Assembly: GCF_963921235.1 (NCBI RefSeq)
Contig: NC_086097.1
Coordinates: forward strand, 18,912,001-18,976,000
Origin: Mobula hypostoma
Taxonomy: Eukaryota
Reading direction: 5' to 3'
DNA length: 64,000 bases
Shown: positions 11,418 through 23,299 of the stretch, piece by piece
Numbering within the stretch: the first letter of the stretch is position 1
Layout: each line of letters opens with the position of its first letter
The notes under the pieces: generated by a model
What the model was told of the DNA's origin: nothing
The model's input: only the letters and a program-made list of their open reading frames with translations
Databases searched by the model: none
Program-made: the position numbers and the translations under genes

Positions 11418-13116
11418 GTAAGGGAAACACCGATCCTCGGAGCCGGACCATTCATTCCTGGCGCGGTTTCAGTGGTGGGGAGGGGAAGGGGGTGAGAAGG
11501 TTGGTCGCTGCAACTACTATTGTTTTGTACTTGTCTTGTACGGCCAAGATGGTAATTTGGTGTCACTGAGGCGACGCTGATGTGAGAAGCCTCAGTCTTT
11601 CCGCGGCTTAGCGGTGGATCTGAACCCAGTACTACACTGTGCTTATGGTGAAGTTGTCTGTGAAAAGGGGATTTGATCAGCTGTTTGTGGGGTGGGGGGG
11701 GTGGGGGTGGATTTGGTACACTGTTAGATTCTGTCATTGCGTGGACGGAGAGTTCACACATACACAGGTGCGAGAGGTTGATTAAAGAGATACTGCAGCG
11801 TAAAATAAAATCAAGATTAATTCCGTTCAAATGTGCTCCAGAACCTTCATGTGGGGAATTCGAGGAGGTATTTAAAATAAAAACGAGTCCCGTTGCACTT
11901 TCGGTCCGCAGGTTATCTTCTTGTCCATCGGCCTGACGTACTAACGAGTCGATTCTTCTCCGGGGAAAGTGAGAAAACAATCTCCAGATCCCGCCTGAAA
12001 ATGGGTTCGGTTTATTTGTACCTTGTGTGTACTTAATGATAAAGAGAGTCCTTGGGCAAACACGTTGCAGCCTCATTAGGTCTTGCATTGATTAGAATGT
12101 GAATTACATTCATCGCTCGAACGTGGCTTCTGGTGTGCTCGCTCCCTCCTGGGGAATAGCAATTATACAAAATTATCCTCGCCGTTGGTTAACTTAGACT
12201 TAAAACTAGACGATATGATAACATGATTGTCATTTTTTTCAATTAGCGTCATATGTTCATTTACTTTCTCCTCCTGAGTCTTTGGAACTGAAGTCGCACT
12301 CAGTGTGCGCCCTCCTATTATTTCTCTAGAGAGTGCTCACAGAGTCACCGGGCTATTCGACTGAGAAAGGCATCACAATTCAGTTTTCCGCCACCCACCG
12401 CAACCTCTCCCTGAACGGCTAGTTGCACTGGGAGTGTGAATACCTGAGCTAGCTGCTCCCCGACAGACAGGCGATTGGGTCTCGGACACAAGACAGGATG
12501 GTTGGATGCGCAAAAGACTTCCTAAATTCACACGGAATAAGCGGAATGGACTATAACGCGGTGGTTAGTGAGGGGAAGTGATAACTCAATTTTAAAAAAA
12601 TACTTTGAGGGAGAAAACAAGCCCCCGTGGACCACGACATTTGAACTTTACGTTGCGATGCGCCCGTCCTTATGCCGCTGCTCTGAGGTCGGCGTTAGAC
12701 TGTTTTCCGATGTCAGTATGTGAACAACATCCTCTCGCCTCACCCAGCCCTTGTTCCCAACCAGACTCTGAATGCCGACTTTCCCATTCATGACAAACGG
12801 GTCCGCCGTTCTTGGGAGTTTTGGTGAGGAGTGAACCGGGGTACACGGGGGATTGGAGCGGTCACGGGTACAATTAAAGAGATGTTTTATTTAGTCAATG
12901 CAGCGAATAGGGGAGGCTAGGGACAGGAGCAGTGGATGGTCAAGTGCGGATTTGCACCACCACTCTGGAAAAATGTCAATAGGCCATTTAATTTAAGATG
13001 AGTATTCCGAAGGCAAGTTCCGTGCAATCTTTGACAATTTCACTGAAGCATAGGGAAGTGTGGACCTTACACCTCACACCTGCCACACAACCTGTTTCCA
13101 TTGTACAAAACTGTTG

Positions 13117-13502
13117 CTTAAGTCTATCACCCCTGGTGCGGCATAGGCCACCGACAACAGCTCACCAGAGTCCACTGTCATGTGCCCGTTTTTCAAATTG
13201 TCGCCAGTGTAGCCCATTATCTTGGTGTCAGCTTTAAGGTCACGCTGCCAGGTGTTCTTTGGCCAGCCTGTCTTACATTCTATGTTTCAGTGGTGTCGAC
13301 CCAGGATGATAGAAGGTTGATCAGCTTGAGGCTTTCACCACATGAATTCATATGTCTACTGGGAGAAGATCTTTCCTCTCCCAGAATTGAGGTATTTGGA
13401 GCTTCTGTCCGTGTCTCTGTAGTTCTGGGTTTTTATGGGATGGGATTGCTGGCCCCATGTCCAACCCTCCACCTTTCACAGCCGGACTTGGGACTGTCCA
13501 TG
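13117..13502 (-). mobile_element. Bipartite non-autonomous RTE derivative (5' UTR piece fused to 3' end)
   Basis: Minus strand starts GGACAGTCCCAAGTCCGG..GGAGGGTTGGACATGGGGCCAGCAATCCCATCCCATAAAAA (RTE leader-like) and ends in a PKNTWQRDLKAD..AVVGGLC RTE C-terminus. Confidence 0.65.
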
Positions 13503-13591
13503 GTGGAGTTGTACCATACTGACAATAAGATCCAGAATGAAACCAGGATGATTTCTATCTTGGGAGCCACCTCTCTGTAAAAGCAATAATC

Positions 13592-13803
13592 TGTCAGGAA
13601 ATGTAGAGGAGGCTTGCCCCGAGCCAGGGCGAGTGAAGGCTCAGGAAGCAACTGATTGAGACTGGCTGGCTTGATGAGTGGACAAGGACTGTAGATGAGA
13701 ACCGGGGTTAAATAGGCTGCAGGTGATGAGTCTAGAATGAGCAGCAAGTCAATTCTATTAGCAGGGTGGAGACTGGGAGATGCCTGCAGGAGTGTACATG
13801 ACA
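13592..13803 (-). mobile_element. Probable solo LTR
   Basis: TGTCA...TGACA termini; minus strand has CACCTGCAGCCTATTTAACCCC TATA-like context; flanks AATC/AATA are only a 3/4 TSD. Confidence 0.45.
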
Positions 13804-13814
13804 AATATCCATAA

Positions 13815-14330
13815 TGAAATTCACCTTCACCTTCTGTACACCAGCACAGCCTTTGGGTATCCAAGCAAACAATGCTTGAATCAACCTCTCAAAACAGGCA
13901 CTAAAAACGTGGTCTACCAGCAGCAGTGAATACTGCCGTCCTGCAGGCTTGAGGGATGTAGACTGCCTACAGCAGGCTCCTCAGTGCACTGCAAAATACC
14001 ATCAATGCTGCCTCTGCAAAATCCTCCAAATCCCCCAGTCTTAGTGTCCTCTCTTAGGAGAACATCCTGGGCACGGAGCCCCGTCTTGCATCGAGCCAGC
14101 TTCATTGGGCAGGCCATGTTGTTTGGTATCGGACTCCACTTTGAGTCTTTCATGGAAAGAGACTACCAGATGGGCTGAGGAAAGATTCAAGGACTTTTCC
14201 AAACCTGACAAGAAAATATAGCATCCCTAATAAGATGATTTTGGTAGATGATTTTACAGAGAGCACGAAGGATATGCAAGCGTATGTAGCTTCTCTTACT
14301 GTTGGCTGTTATGGAGATACTTTGGACCTG
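13815..14330 (+). mobile_element. Degenerate RTE LINE fragment (a matching 3' end lies at ~15245-15470)
   Basis: GTKNVVYQ, KYHQCCLCKILQI, QLHWAGHVV, HGKRLPDGLRKRFKD; distal piece GRVCVSNTGLIAHLR. Confidence 0.75.
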
Positions 14331-14509
14331 AACACTTAGAACACTGAAGACTGTGAGCCCAATGCTGGGAATGGGATTCATATAGATGGGTATTTCCTGT
14401 ACGACTATCACACTGAATCATGTGGAGCCATGATTCATGCAGATGACATAGCAGCCACTGTCACTGTCTCCCTTTGACAATACAGGTTTTCTGCACATTC
14501 CAAAGACAC

Positions 14510-14730
14510 TTATTTAGAGATAGAGCACAGTACAGACCCTTCCAGCCTTATAAGCTGGTGCTGCCTAATCACACCCATGTGATCAATTAACCCACTAACT
14601 TTGGAAACCAGAGGGTCCGGGGGAAATCCACGCAGTCATGGGGAGACTGTGCAAACTCCTTATAGACAACAGCTGGAAGTGAACCTGGGTCACTGGTGCT
14701 GTAAGGTTATGCTAACCACTACTCTACCAC
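14510..14730 (-). mobile_element. V-SINE, antisense (another fragment at ~14900-15050)
   Basis: GGAAACCAGAG..CCGGGGGAAATCCACGCAGTCATGGGGAGA..GTGCAAACTCCTTATAGAC is the reverse complement of the V-domain. Confidence 0.75.
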
Positions 14731-15494
14731 ACGTTGTCAGGTCGCTCCAAGTTGCTCCAAATGCAGGCAGGTGGCATATAGAGCATTGCAACACAGAAAT
14801 AGGCCCTTTGCCCTATAATATTGGTGCTAACCTTGATGCCAATTGAAACTAATTTCAGCAGTCTGCACGTGGTCCATATCCCCCTATGCCAATTGTCTAT
14901 TTATTTATTGAGGTGCAATGTGGGATTTGAACCTTGCTACACAGCAATCCCCCAATTTAACCCTAGCCTAACGATGGGAACATTTACAATGATCTATCAA
15001 CCTACCAGCCAGTATGTCTTTGGACCGTGTGAGGAAACCGAGGCACCCAGGTTACTTGCCTGTCTAAGTCTTTCTTAAGTACCCCTAACATGTCTGCTTC
15101 CACTACTACCTCTAGCAAAGTGTTCCAGTCACAGGGTAGGACTGGGGAAAGTTGAATACGTTTTAGGGAAATAGGTGGGGGATGGAATTTCTTTGAGAAG
15201 TGGCATAGACTGAATTGTCTCCTAAGTGGTAAGAAATAAATGAAATGGCTCAGACTGGAGGAAGGACATCTGGAGGTCCACTAGTCCATGCAGTGAACTG
15301 TAGTATAAGACACGGGGGGAGTGTGCCACCTTACAAACTGCCCAGCCATCGCGCCATCCATGGAAGAGTCTGTGTTTCCAACACTGGTCTCATTGCACAC
15401 CTCAGAATCCAGGGCATCAGAGTGGAGGGTAGTCATCCTCGGTCACGAGGGACTGCCCAAGGAGGAGGGGAGAACATTCTAACCAGGCACAGTG

Positions 15495-16002
15495 CCCTGT
15501 AGGACGTACTGTTATTGGAGATGATACAGAGGAGTTTCACGAGAATAATTCCAGGAATGAAAGGGTTCATGTGTGAGGAGTGTTTGATGGCTCTGGACTT
15601 GTAGTCACTAGAGTTTAGAAGAACGAGGTGGATCTCGTTGAAACTTATCGAATATGGAATTGAAGATTCTATTGATGCTGGAAATCCACAACACACATAA
15701 AATGCTGGAGGAATCCAACAAATCCGGCAGCATCTAACAAAGTCCTGATGAAGACTCTTGGCCCAAAATGTCGACAGTTTATTCCCCTCCACAAATGTTG
15801 GCTGACTTACTGAGTTTCTCCAGCATTTTATGTGTATTGAAAGGCCCAGATTCGAGTGAACATGGAGAGGATGTTTCCAGTAGTGGGAGAGTCCAAGATC
15901 AGAGGACACAGCCTCGGATTACAAGGATGTCCTTTGAGAACAGAGATGAGGAGGGATTTCTTTAGCCAGAGAGTAGAGAATCTGCTGAATTCATTGCCAC
16001 AG
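15495..16002 (+). mobile_element. CR1 3' fragment interrupted by a family-A fold-back (~15663-15835)
   Basis: IQRSFTRIIPGMKG..MERMFPVVGESKIRGHSL..RDFFSQRVENLLNSLPQ; insert has inverted arms and AGTC-CTGATGA-agactcttggccc-AAAA-TGTC-GAC at 15741-15775. Confidence 0.8.
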
Positions 16003-16532
16003 ATGAGACCCTTCATCAGGATTGGAGATAAAAAGATGAGGAGAAGGTGGGGGAGGTGAGGGAGAAACACAAGGTGATAGGTGAAACGGCGGGGGCGGGT
16101 TTAGAAAGAGCTGGGAAGTTGATTGGTGAAAGAGATAGCGGGCTGGAGAAGGGGGAATTTAATAGGAGCGGACAGAAGACCAAGGAAGGTAGAAAAAGTG
16201 GCGGGGTGGGGGGGCAGGCAAGGAGATAAGGCGAGAGAGGGAAAAGATGAAGCGTGGGGGGTATTACCAGAAGTCAAGAAATCGATGTTCATGCCATCAG
16301 GTTGGAGGCTACCCTGACGGAATATAAGGTGTTGTTCCTCCAACCTGAGGATGGACCCATGGCGACGGTAGAGGAGGCCATGGATAGACATATCAGAGTA
16401 GGAATGGGAAGTGGAATTAAAATGGATAGCCGCCGGGAGATCCTGCTTTTTCTGGCGGACGAAGTGTAGGTGCTCGGTGATGCGGGTCTCACAGTTTATG
16501 TCAGGTCTCTCCGATATACAGGAGGCCCACAC
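16003..16532 (-). mobile_element. Penelope-like element 3' fragment (GIY-YIG endonuclease C-terminus and start of pLTR)
   Basis: EHLHFVRQKKQDLPAAIHFNSTSHSYSDMSIHGLL..RLEEQHLIFRQGSLQPDGMNIDF, pyrimidine-rich 3' UTR, then CTGATGAAGGGTCTC (5' half of hammerhead). Confidence 0.85.
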
Positions 16533-17940
16533 CGGGAATGGGGTTGAGAAAGATAATAACTCAGCCAGGATGGACTGGCGGAGCGGATTCGATGGGCCGA
16601 ACACCCCAATTCTGTTCCTCTGATTTATGTCCTTATGGCAGAACGATGGAAAATCCCACAACAGTCCGCTGAGTTTAAAGTCCGTTACGCACAAACCAAA
16701 TTTTAACTTGAGACTACCAAGCTCTTAACTGTTGTATGTTTATTTTGGTGTGGAGAGGCAGGTCACGGTAACCATGTTTTGGGGAATGCTCTGAGAAAGA
16801 AAAGGGATGGATAACACCGCGCGAAAAAAAAGACTGGCTAAAGATTTTTTTTAAGCGGTCTCAGTTGGCCGCGCTCGTCCGGAGCTGTGTGCACTGTTTC
16901 TGGGTCGGGGAGGTGATGAACGAGTTAATGCTTGCTTGATCTGGTGTGAAACCCACATATTAGAGACCGGGGTCTCGACCGAAACGTCCGCGGGCCTCTC
17001 GCCTCCACACTCTCCCCCGACGCTGCTCGACACCATGAGTTCCTCCAAGAGTTCGGTTTGTTGATGGATCAGAGTATTCATCCGAGAATGAGTGCAAGGT
17101 TTTAAAGTCTGCTGCCCGTGATTAAAATTGCACATCAAGTGTTAAGTGCAGTGTTTGGTGGGAGGGTTGAGGCGTTGAATGGTTGCTATATTAATGGCTG
17201 CACAGTGAACACGCTACTTCAGAATGAAAATCATTATGTGAAGCACATTGAGCATTTAAATATAATGAGGTGCTTTCTGAATACATTATTTTTACTACCT
17301 GCTATTTGATATTACCGATAATAAATTCACTTCCATTGCCATTATGCATGTAATTTCACATTCTGAAGTTTGCCAGTTACGTAACTTGGGCAAGATGGTC
17401 TGTACCTCATTATTTCGTACTCGCGATACTCAAGAGCAAAAGGAGTGAACCCTGTTGTAATCCACTTCCGAGTTCCCTTCTGACCTAAATCGAGACCTCA
17501 CCGATCTGCGCTTTATCTGAGGACGCAGCTGCTGTATGGCTGTTCCCAATCCTCCTCCAACCCATCCCGAGCCACAGGACAGACGTAACCTTTCTCCCCC
17601 TCATCTAGCGCCGCCTTATAGAAGCTGATTTAAACCAAGCCTGTGTTGCAGGTACCCTGGCCATATGGAAAGCCGAGACTAAGACACACATTGCGTACCA
17701 CGGTCTTTGAGATGCAGGCGCCTTCCATCCGGCAGTCGTTTTCTTGGTGTACAGTAGACGTGAACATTGGCTCAGCAACCGGACTACTCTCATCGCCTTT
17801 CAAAACTTGCCTCAACTTAGTCAGCCTTTTGGAAATAAACGAATACCACAGTAAAGTTACTGAGCTGTCCACTCCTGCAGACTAAAGATACATTCGCCCG
17901 TGCTGGGGCTGTCTCCTCCCATATGCATCAGTTCCCAGTC

Positions 17941-19981
17941 ACATATAAAACCAAAAGACATAGGGGTAGAATTAGGCCATTCAGCCCATCGAGTCTGCTC
18001 CGCCATTCCATCATGGCTGATCCTGGATCCCACTCAACCCCATACTCCTTCACGCCATATACTTTGATATCCTGACCGATAGGAAACATATCAACTTCCG
18101 CCTTAAATATACGCACAAACTTGGCCTCCACTGCAGTCTGTGGCAGAGCATTCCACAGATCCACCACTCTCTGGCTAAAAAAAATCCTTACCTCTGTTCA
18201 AAAAGGGTCGCCCCTCAATTCTGAGGTGCTGCCCTCTAGTTCTGGATATCCCCACCATGGGAAACATCTTCTCCACATCCACCCTATCTAAACCTTTCAA
18301 CATTCAGGAGGTTTCAATGAGATCTCCATGTATTCTTCTAAATTCCAGTGAGTATAGATCTAAAGGTGCAAAACCCTCATCATATGTTAACCCTTTCATT
18401 CCCAGAATCATCCTCGTGAACCTCCTCTGGACTCTCTCCAATGACAACAGTTCCTTTCTAAGATACAGGGCCCAAAACTGTCGACAATACTGACCTGACT
18501 AGTGACTAAAGCTTTGGCATTATCTCCTTGTTTTTGTATTCTACTCCCCTTGAAATAAATGCCAACATTGTATTTGCCTTCTTTACCACAGACTCAACCT
18601 GTAATTTAACCGTATGTGAATCTTGCTCGAGGACTCCGAAGTCCCTTTGCACCTCTGATGTTTGAACCTTCTCTCCATTTAGACAATAGTCCGTGCTATT
18701 GTTCCTTTTACCAAAATGCATTATCATACATTTCCCAACACTGTATTCCATCTGTCACTTTTTTGTCCATTCTTCCAGTTTGTCCAAGTCCTGCTACAAT
18801 CACATTGCTTCCTCAGCACTACCTACCCCTCCACCTATCTTCGCATCATCCACAAACTTTGCCACAAAGCCATCAATTCATTATCCAAATCATTGACCAA
18901 CAATGTGAAAAGTAGCGGTCTCAATACTGACCCCTGAGGAACATTACCAATCACTGGCAGCCAACCAGATAAAGCTGCCTTTATTCCTTCTTACTGCCTT
19001 CAGCCCGTCAGCCATTCCTCTGTCTATGCCAGTATCTTTCCTATAACGCCATAGGATTTTATCTTGTTAAACAGCCTCATGTGTAGCATCTTATCCAATG
19101 CCCTCTGAAAATCCAAGTAAATAACCATTGTCTCTCCTTTGTCCACCCTGCTTGTTACTTTTTTGAAGAACTCTAAATTTGTCAGGCAAGATTTTCCTTT
19201 ACAGAAATCATACTGACTTTGACTTATTTTATCATTTGTCTCCAAGTACTCTGAAACCTTGCCTTAATAATAGACTCCAACACTTTCGCAATCACTGAAG
19301 TTAGGCTAACTGGCATATAATTTCCTTTCTTTTGCCTTCCTCTCTTCTTAAAGAGTGGAGTGACATTTGCAGCAATCCAGTCCTCCAGGACCATGCTAGA
19401 ATCAGCAACACTCACAACACGCTGGAGAAACTCAGCAAGTCGGGCAGCATCCGTGGAAATGATCAGTCAACGTTTCCGGCCCGAGATGTTGACTGATCGT
19501 TTCCACGGACGCTGCCCGACCCGCTGAGTTCCTCCAGCATGTTGTGAGTGTTGCTTTGACCTCAGCATCTGCAGATTATTTTGTGTTTACCATGCTAGAA
19601 TCAAGTGATTCTTGAAGGATCAGGACTAATGCATCCATTACTGTTCAGCTCCCTCTCTCAGGATCCTGGGATATAGTCCATCTGGCCCAGGAGACTTATC
19701 CACTTTAAGACCTTTGAGTTTGCCTAGAACTTCTTCCCTTGTAATAGCAATGACACTCACTCCTGCTCCCTGACACTTACGGACCTCTGGTACACTGCTA
19801 GTGTCTTCCACAGTGAAGGCTGATACAAAGTACTCATTACGTTCATCTGACATTTCTTTGTCCCCCATTAGTACCTCACCAGCATCATTTTCCAGTGGTC
19901 CAATATCAACTCTCACTTCCCTTTTACTCTTTATATAACTGAAAAAACTTTTGGTATCCTGTTTCATATTATTGGCTAGTT
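17941..19981 (-). mobile_element. CR1 LINE, 5'-truncated, ORF2 disrupted; contains fold-back insertion 19405-19588
   Basis: SFFSYIKSKRE, KVDKSPGPDG, EDWIAANVTPLFKK, GKSCLTNL, YLDFQRALDK, GKCMIMHFG; CR1 tail at the 17941 end. Confidence 0.92.
19405..19588. mobile_element. Fold-back Penelope-derived element (family B) with perfect 15-bp TSD
   Basis: ACCATGCTAGAATCA at 19390-19404 and 19589-19603; ~70-bp inverted arms meeting at CAGTCAACGTTTCCGGCCCGAGATGTTGACTG; same tail as 3004-3140. Confidence 0.9.
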
Positions 19982-20454
19982 ATGTGACTGATCCATCCCC
20001 TGGATCATTGTTAATGTATATCCTTTCATAGAGCAATACAACTCAAAAGCTTGTCCATGTCAACAAGATGCCAAAATGCTTTTTCCCACATTTGCCCTAT
20101 ATTCCTCAGTCTTAACTTTTCTTATTCATGTACTTGTCAAAGGGGCTTTTATATGTTGTTAATGTACCTGCCACCAACCACTTCATCTGGCAGCTTGTTC
20201 CATATGTTCACCACTCTCTTCATGAATAAATCACCTCAAAAGTTCCTTTGAAATTCTTCCCCACTCACCTTAGACGTATACCCTCTAGTTTCTTAAACCC
20301 CTTCCCTGGGAGAAAGATTGTATGTTCACCCTATCATTGGTGCTCAGGATTTTATACACTTCTATAAGCTCACTGTTCAGACTCGTACGATCCAATGAAT
20401 GAGGTCCTAGCCTGCTCAAATCAGCATCCACAAGCCCTGACTAGAAAGTCAGGG

Positions 20455-21310
20455 CTAGAAAGGGTGAGCAGCTTCAAAATTCTCGGCATCAACATCTCAG
20501 AGCATTTATCCTGGGCCTGACATATTGGTGCAATCACAAAGCCATCCTTCATTAGTAGTTTGAGAAGATCTGGTATGTCACTGCAGACTCCTAATAAAGG
20601 AATACAACTTCCTACAGATGTACCATGGAGAGTTTTCTGACTAGTTATATCACTGTCTGATATGGAGGCTCCAAAACAATACATTCTTGGGCTTGTGCAG
20701 GGAGCTGGAGAGTGTTGGGCCCTGAGGTTTCTGGAGCACCTGAATTTTTCAGGTTAACTGTTGTCTTAATGAGAGTCGTTAATCCCTGGTGTTTTCTCTT
20801 TAATCTGGTTCGGTTTATGTTGATTGTTAAGTTTTTCTGCATTCTGTGATTATTAAAGCAAACTCCTGATTAGTGCTTAATGTGGAGCCCTAGCTTTGGG
20901 AATGTTAAGTCTCACGGTGTCGCTCTGCTGAGCCACTGATGTTTTATTGGAGCTGGTATGAGTAAGCCCTGGTCAGCATCTCCTCATGGGAGTCTTGCCT
21001 TTCCTCCATACGAGTTCAGCCTTTGCCAGCGTGCACCCCAGGACAGAAAAAGAGCTACAGAAAATTGTAGCCTGACCCAGTTTCATCGTGGGCACCAACC
21101 TCCTCACCACTGAGGACATCTTCAAAAAGCAGTGTCTCAGGAAGGCAGCATCCATCATTTAGGACCCTCACCAGCAAGGAGGAGGTACTGGAACCTGAGG
21201 ACAAACAGCTTCTTCTCCTCCAGATTTCTGAATAGTCCAGGAACCCATAAATGCTAGCTCACCATTCCTAGTTTGTACGATTTAGTCATTTTTTATGCTA
21301 ACTTTATTTT
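20455..21310 (+). mobile_element. Rex1 fragment split by an LTR-like insert (~20680-21045)
   Basis: ERVSSFKILGINISEHLSW before the insert; KELQKIV..LTTEDIFKKQCLRKAASII after it. Confidence 0.75.
20680..21045 (+). mobile_element. ~365-bp LTR-like dispersed repeat, homologous to 34405-34768
   Basis: Colinear matches to the reverse complement of 34405-34768 (GAGTCGTTAA.CCCT.GTG.TTTCT.TTTAATCT; CATGGGAGTC..GTTCAG..TGCCAGCG..CACC..GACA). Confidence 0.65.
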
Positions 21311-21325
21311 TGCATGCTATCCATA

Positions 21326-21653
21326 AATAAAATAAAAAATAAAGGCACCCATTAGTCTTGCGAGACCATGGATCTGCACCTGGAAAGTTTTCACTCTCCG
21401 GGGCGCAGGCCTGGGCAACGTTGTATGGAAGACCGGCAGTTGCCCATGCTGCAAGCCTCCCCTCTCCATGACACCAATGTTGTCCAAGGGAAGGGTATTA
21501 GGACCCATACAGCTTGGCACCAGTGTCGTCGCAGAGCAATGTGTAATTAAGTGCCTTGCTCAAGGACACAACACGTTGCCTCGGCTGGGGTTCGAACTCA
21601 CGACCTTCAGGTCACTAGTCCAATGCCTTAACCATTTGGTCACATGCCCATAC
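21326..21653 (-). mobile_element. tRNA-derived CORE-type SINE with RTE-like tail and 12-bp TSD
   Basis: A/B boxes, GTGTCCTTGAGCAAGGCACTTAA core on minus strand, ATGCTATCCATA at 21314-21325 and 21657-21668; same family as 57235-57536. Confidence 0.85.
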
Positions 21654-22454
21654 TGAATGCTATCCATACAGTTCATTTAAAACACAATTACATTGAGGTA
21701 GTACAAAGTGAAAAGCAATAACAGAGTATTTTTACGGGTGATAATGTAGGAGAATAGGGTTGAGAAGGATAATAAATTTGCAAAAATGGAATGGTGGAGC
21801 AGACTCAATGGTCCAAATTGCCTAATTCTACTCCTGTGTCTTATGGCCTTATAATATAATGTTACAGTTACGGAGAAATTGTAGTGCAGGTAAACAATAT
21901 GGTCCAAGGGCCACAATGAAGTAGATTGTGATATCAAAAGTTCATCTTTATCATTAGGATGCAGGATGAGGACCAGTGACCCATGAGGTGGGCGAGTTCT
22001 TGGGTCAGAGATCTGTACGGGTCAGAGGCACCAGGTCATTCGGCAAATCCAGTAGCATGAGGTGAGTCAGCAGATCTGGAGATTCGAGGTCAATCCAGAT
22101 GTTAGGCTTCAGTGATTCCAGAGGTTGGATTGGGAGACGCTGAGATCGATGACCTGCCATCCCAAGGTCAAGGGCTGTGATCTGCAAGACCGTAAGGACG
22201 TGGGCCAGTGATCCCCATTGGATGGGTAGGAGGTAGGAAGGGGATTGTTTTGCTGTTGTTGTGTCTGCTTTCTTATCTAATTCACCGTGTGTTGTTCTGC
22301 TGAGCATTGAGGGCAAGCAATGTGTTGGCACCTGAAGTGAGGCGACACTTGCAGGCTGCCCCCAGCACATCCTTAGACTGTGTTGGTTGTTAATGCAAAT
22401 GACACATTTAACTCCATGTTTCGATGCACATGTGACTAATACATCTAATCTAAA

Positions 22455-23260
22455 GAGGTCAGTTCAATAGTTTGATAACAGTGTGATAGAAGCTATCCGC
22501 AAGCTTGGTGATTCATGTTTTGTTCTGAGCTGTTATATCTTCTGGCCGATGGAAGGCGGGGGGTGGGGGGTGGTGGAAGGAAAGCGATTAGGATGGTTAC
22601 GTTGCTGATTACAAGGCAGTGGGAAGTATAAGCACTTCACGGATGGAAAACTGCTTTTAAGATTTTCATGATGGGTTGAGCTGTATCTACAACTCTGTAA
22701 TTTCTTGCAGTCTTGGGCTGAACAATTGCCATACTAAGCCATGATGCTTCTGCATAGGATGTGTTCCATGGTGCACCAACAGGGACATGCTGAACTTTCT
22801 TAGCTTTCTGAGGAACTAGAGGTGCTGGTGTGCTTTCTGGGCCATAGCAACCTGATGATTTGACTAAGACAAGCAGTTGGTGATAATTACACCTTGGAAC
22901 TTGAGCTCTTAACTGTTGCCACCTCAGCTGCTTAGAAGGGTGTGTGCTCTGCCCTGACTTAGAAAGTCAATAAACTGCTCTTTTCTTTGGCCTACATTGA
23001 GGGAAAGGTTGGTGTCATGACACCATGCCACTATGTTCCCTATCTCCTTCCCGTACTCCTGCGCCTCACTATTTGAGACCCAGCCCGCTACACTGGTGTC
23101 ATCTGTGAACTTGTAGATGGATAGGTAGACAGATAGATATACTTTATTAATCCCAAGGGAAATTTGGTTTCGTAAGAGAATGGAGTGAGAGAAGAATCTG
23201 GCATACGGTCATGAGTGTTTTGGGAATAAAGCAAGGGGTTGAGGATTCAGCCTTGTGAGT
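22455..23260 (-). mobile_element. Old Rex1-type LINE fragment, antisense
   Basis: Minus strand carries decayed YKFTDDTSVAGW, KAHQHL.FLRKLRKFSMS and DSFYHTVIKLLN. Confidence 0.65.
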
Positions 23261-23299
23261 ATAATCAACTTCTTCCATTCATTAAAAGCTTTCAGTAAT

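Larger units (their letters stand above)
10930..12880. promoter_or_regulatory. CpG-rich, TE-free island; probable promoter/5' region of a host gene
   Basis: Visibly high CpG density against CpG-depleted flanks, no recognisable repeats over ~2 kb, G-rich tracts, strong + strand splice donor at 11417/11418. Confidence 0.6.

Noticed and set aside
11414..12088. 224-aa minus-strand ORF in the CpG island
   Set aside because: Non-ATG start, no recognisable domain, poly-Pro is the antisense of a G-run; GC-rich DNA has few stops
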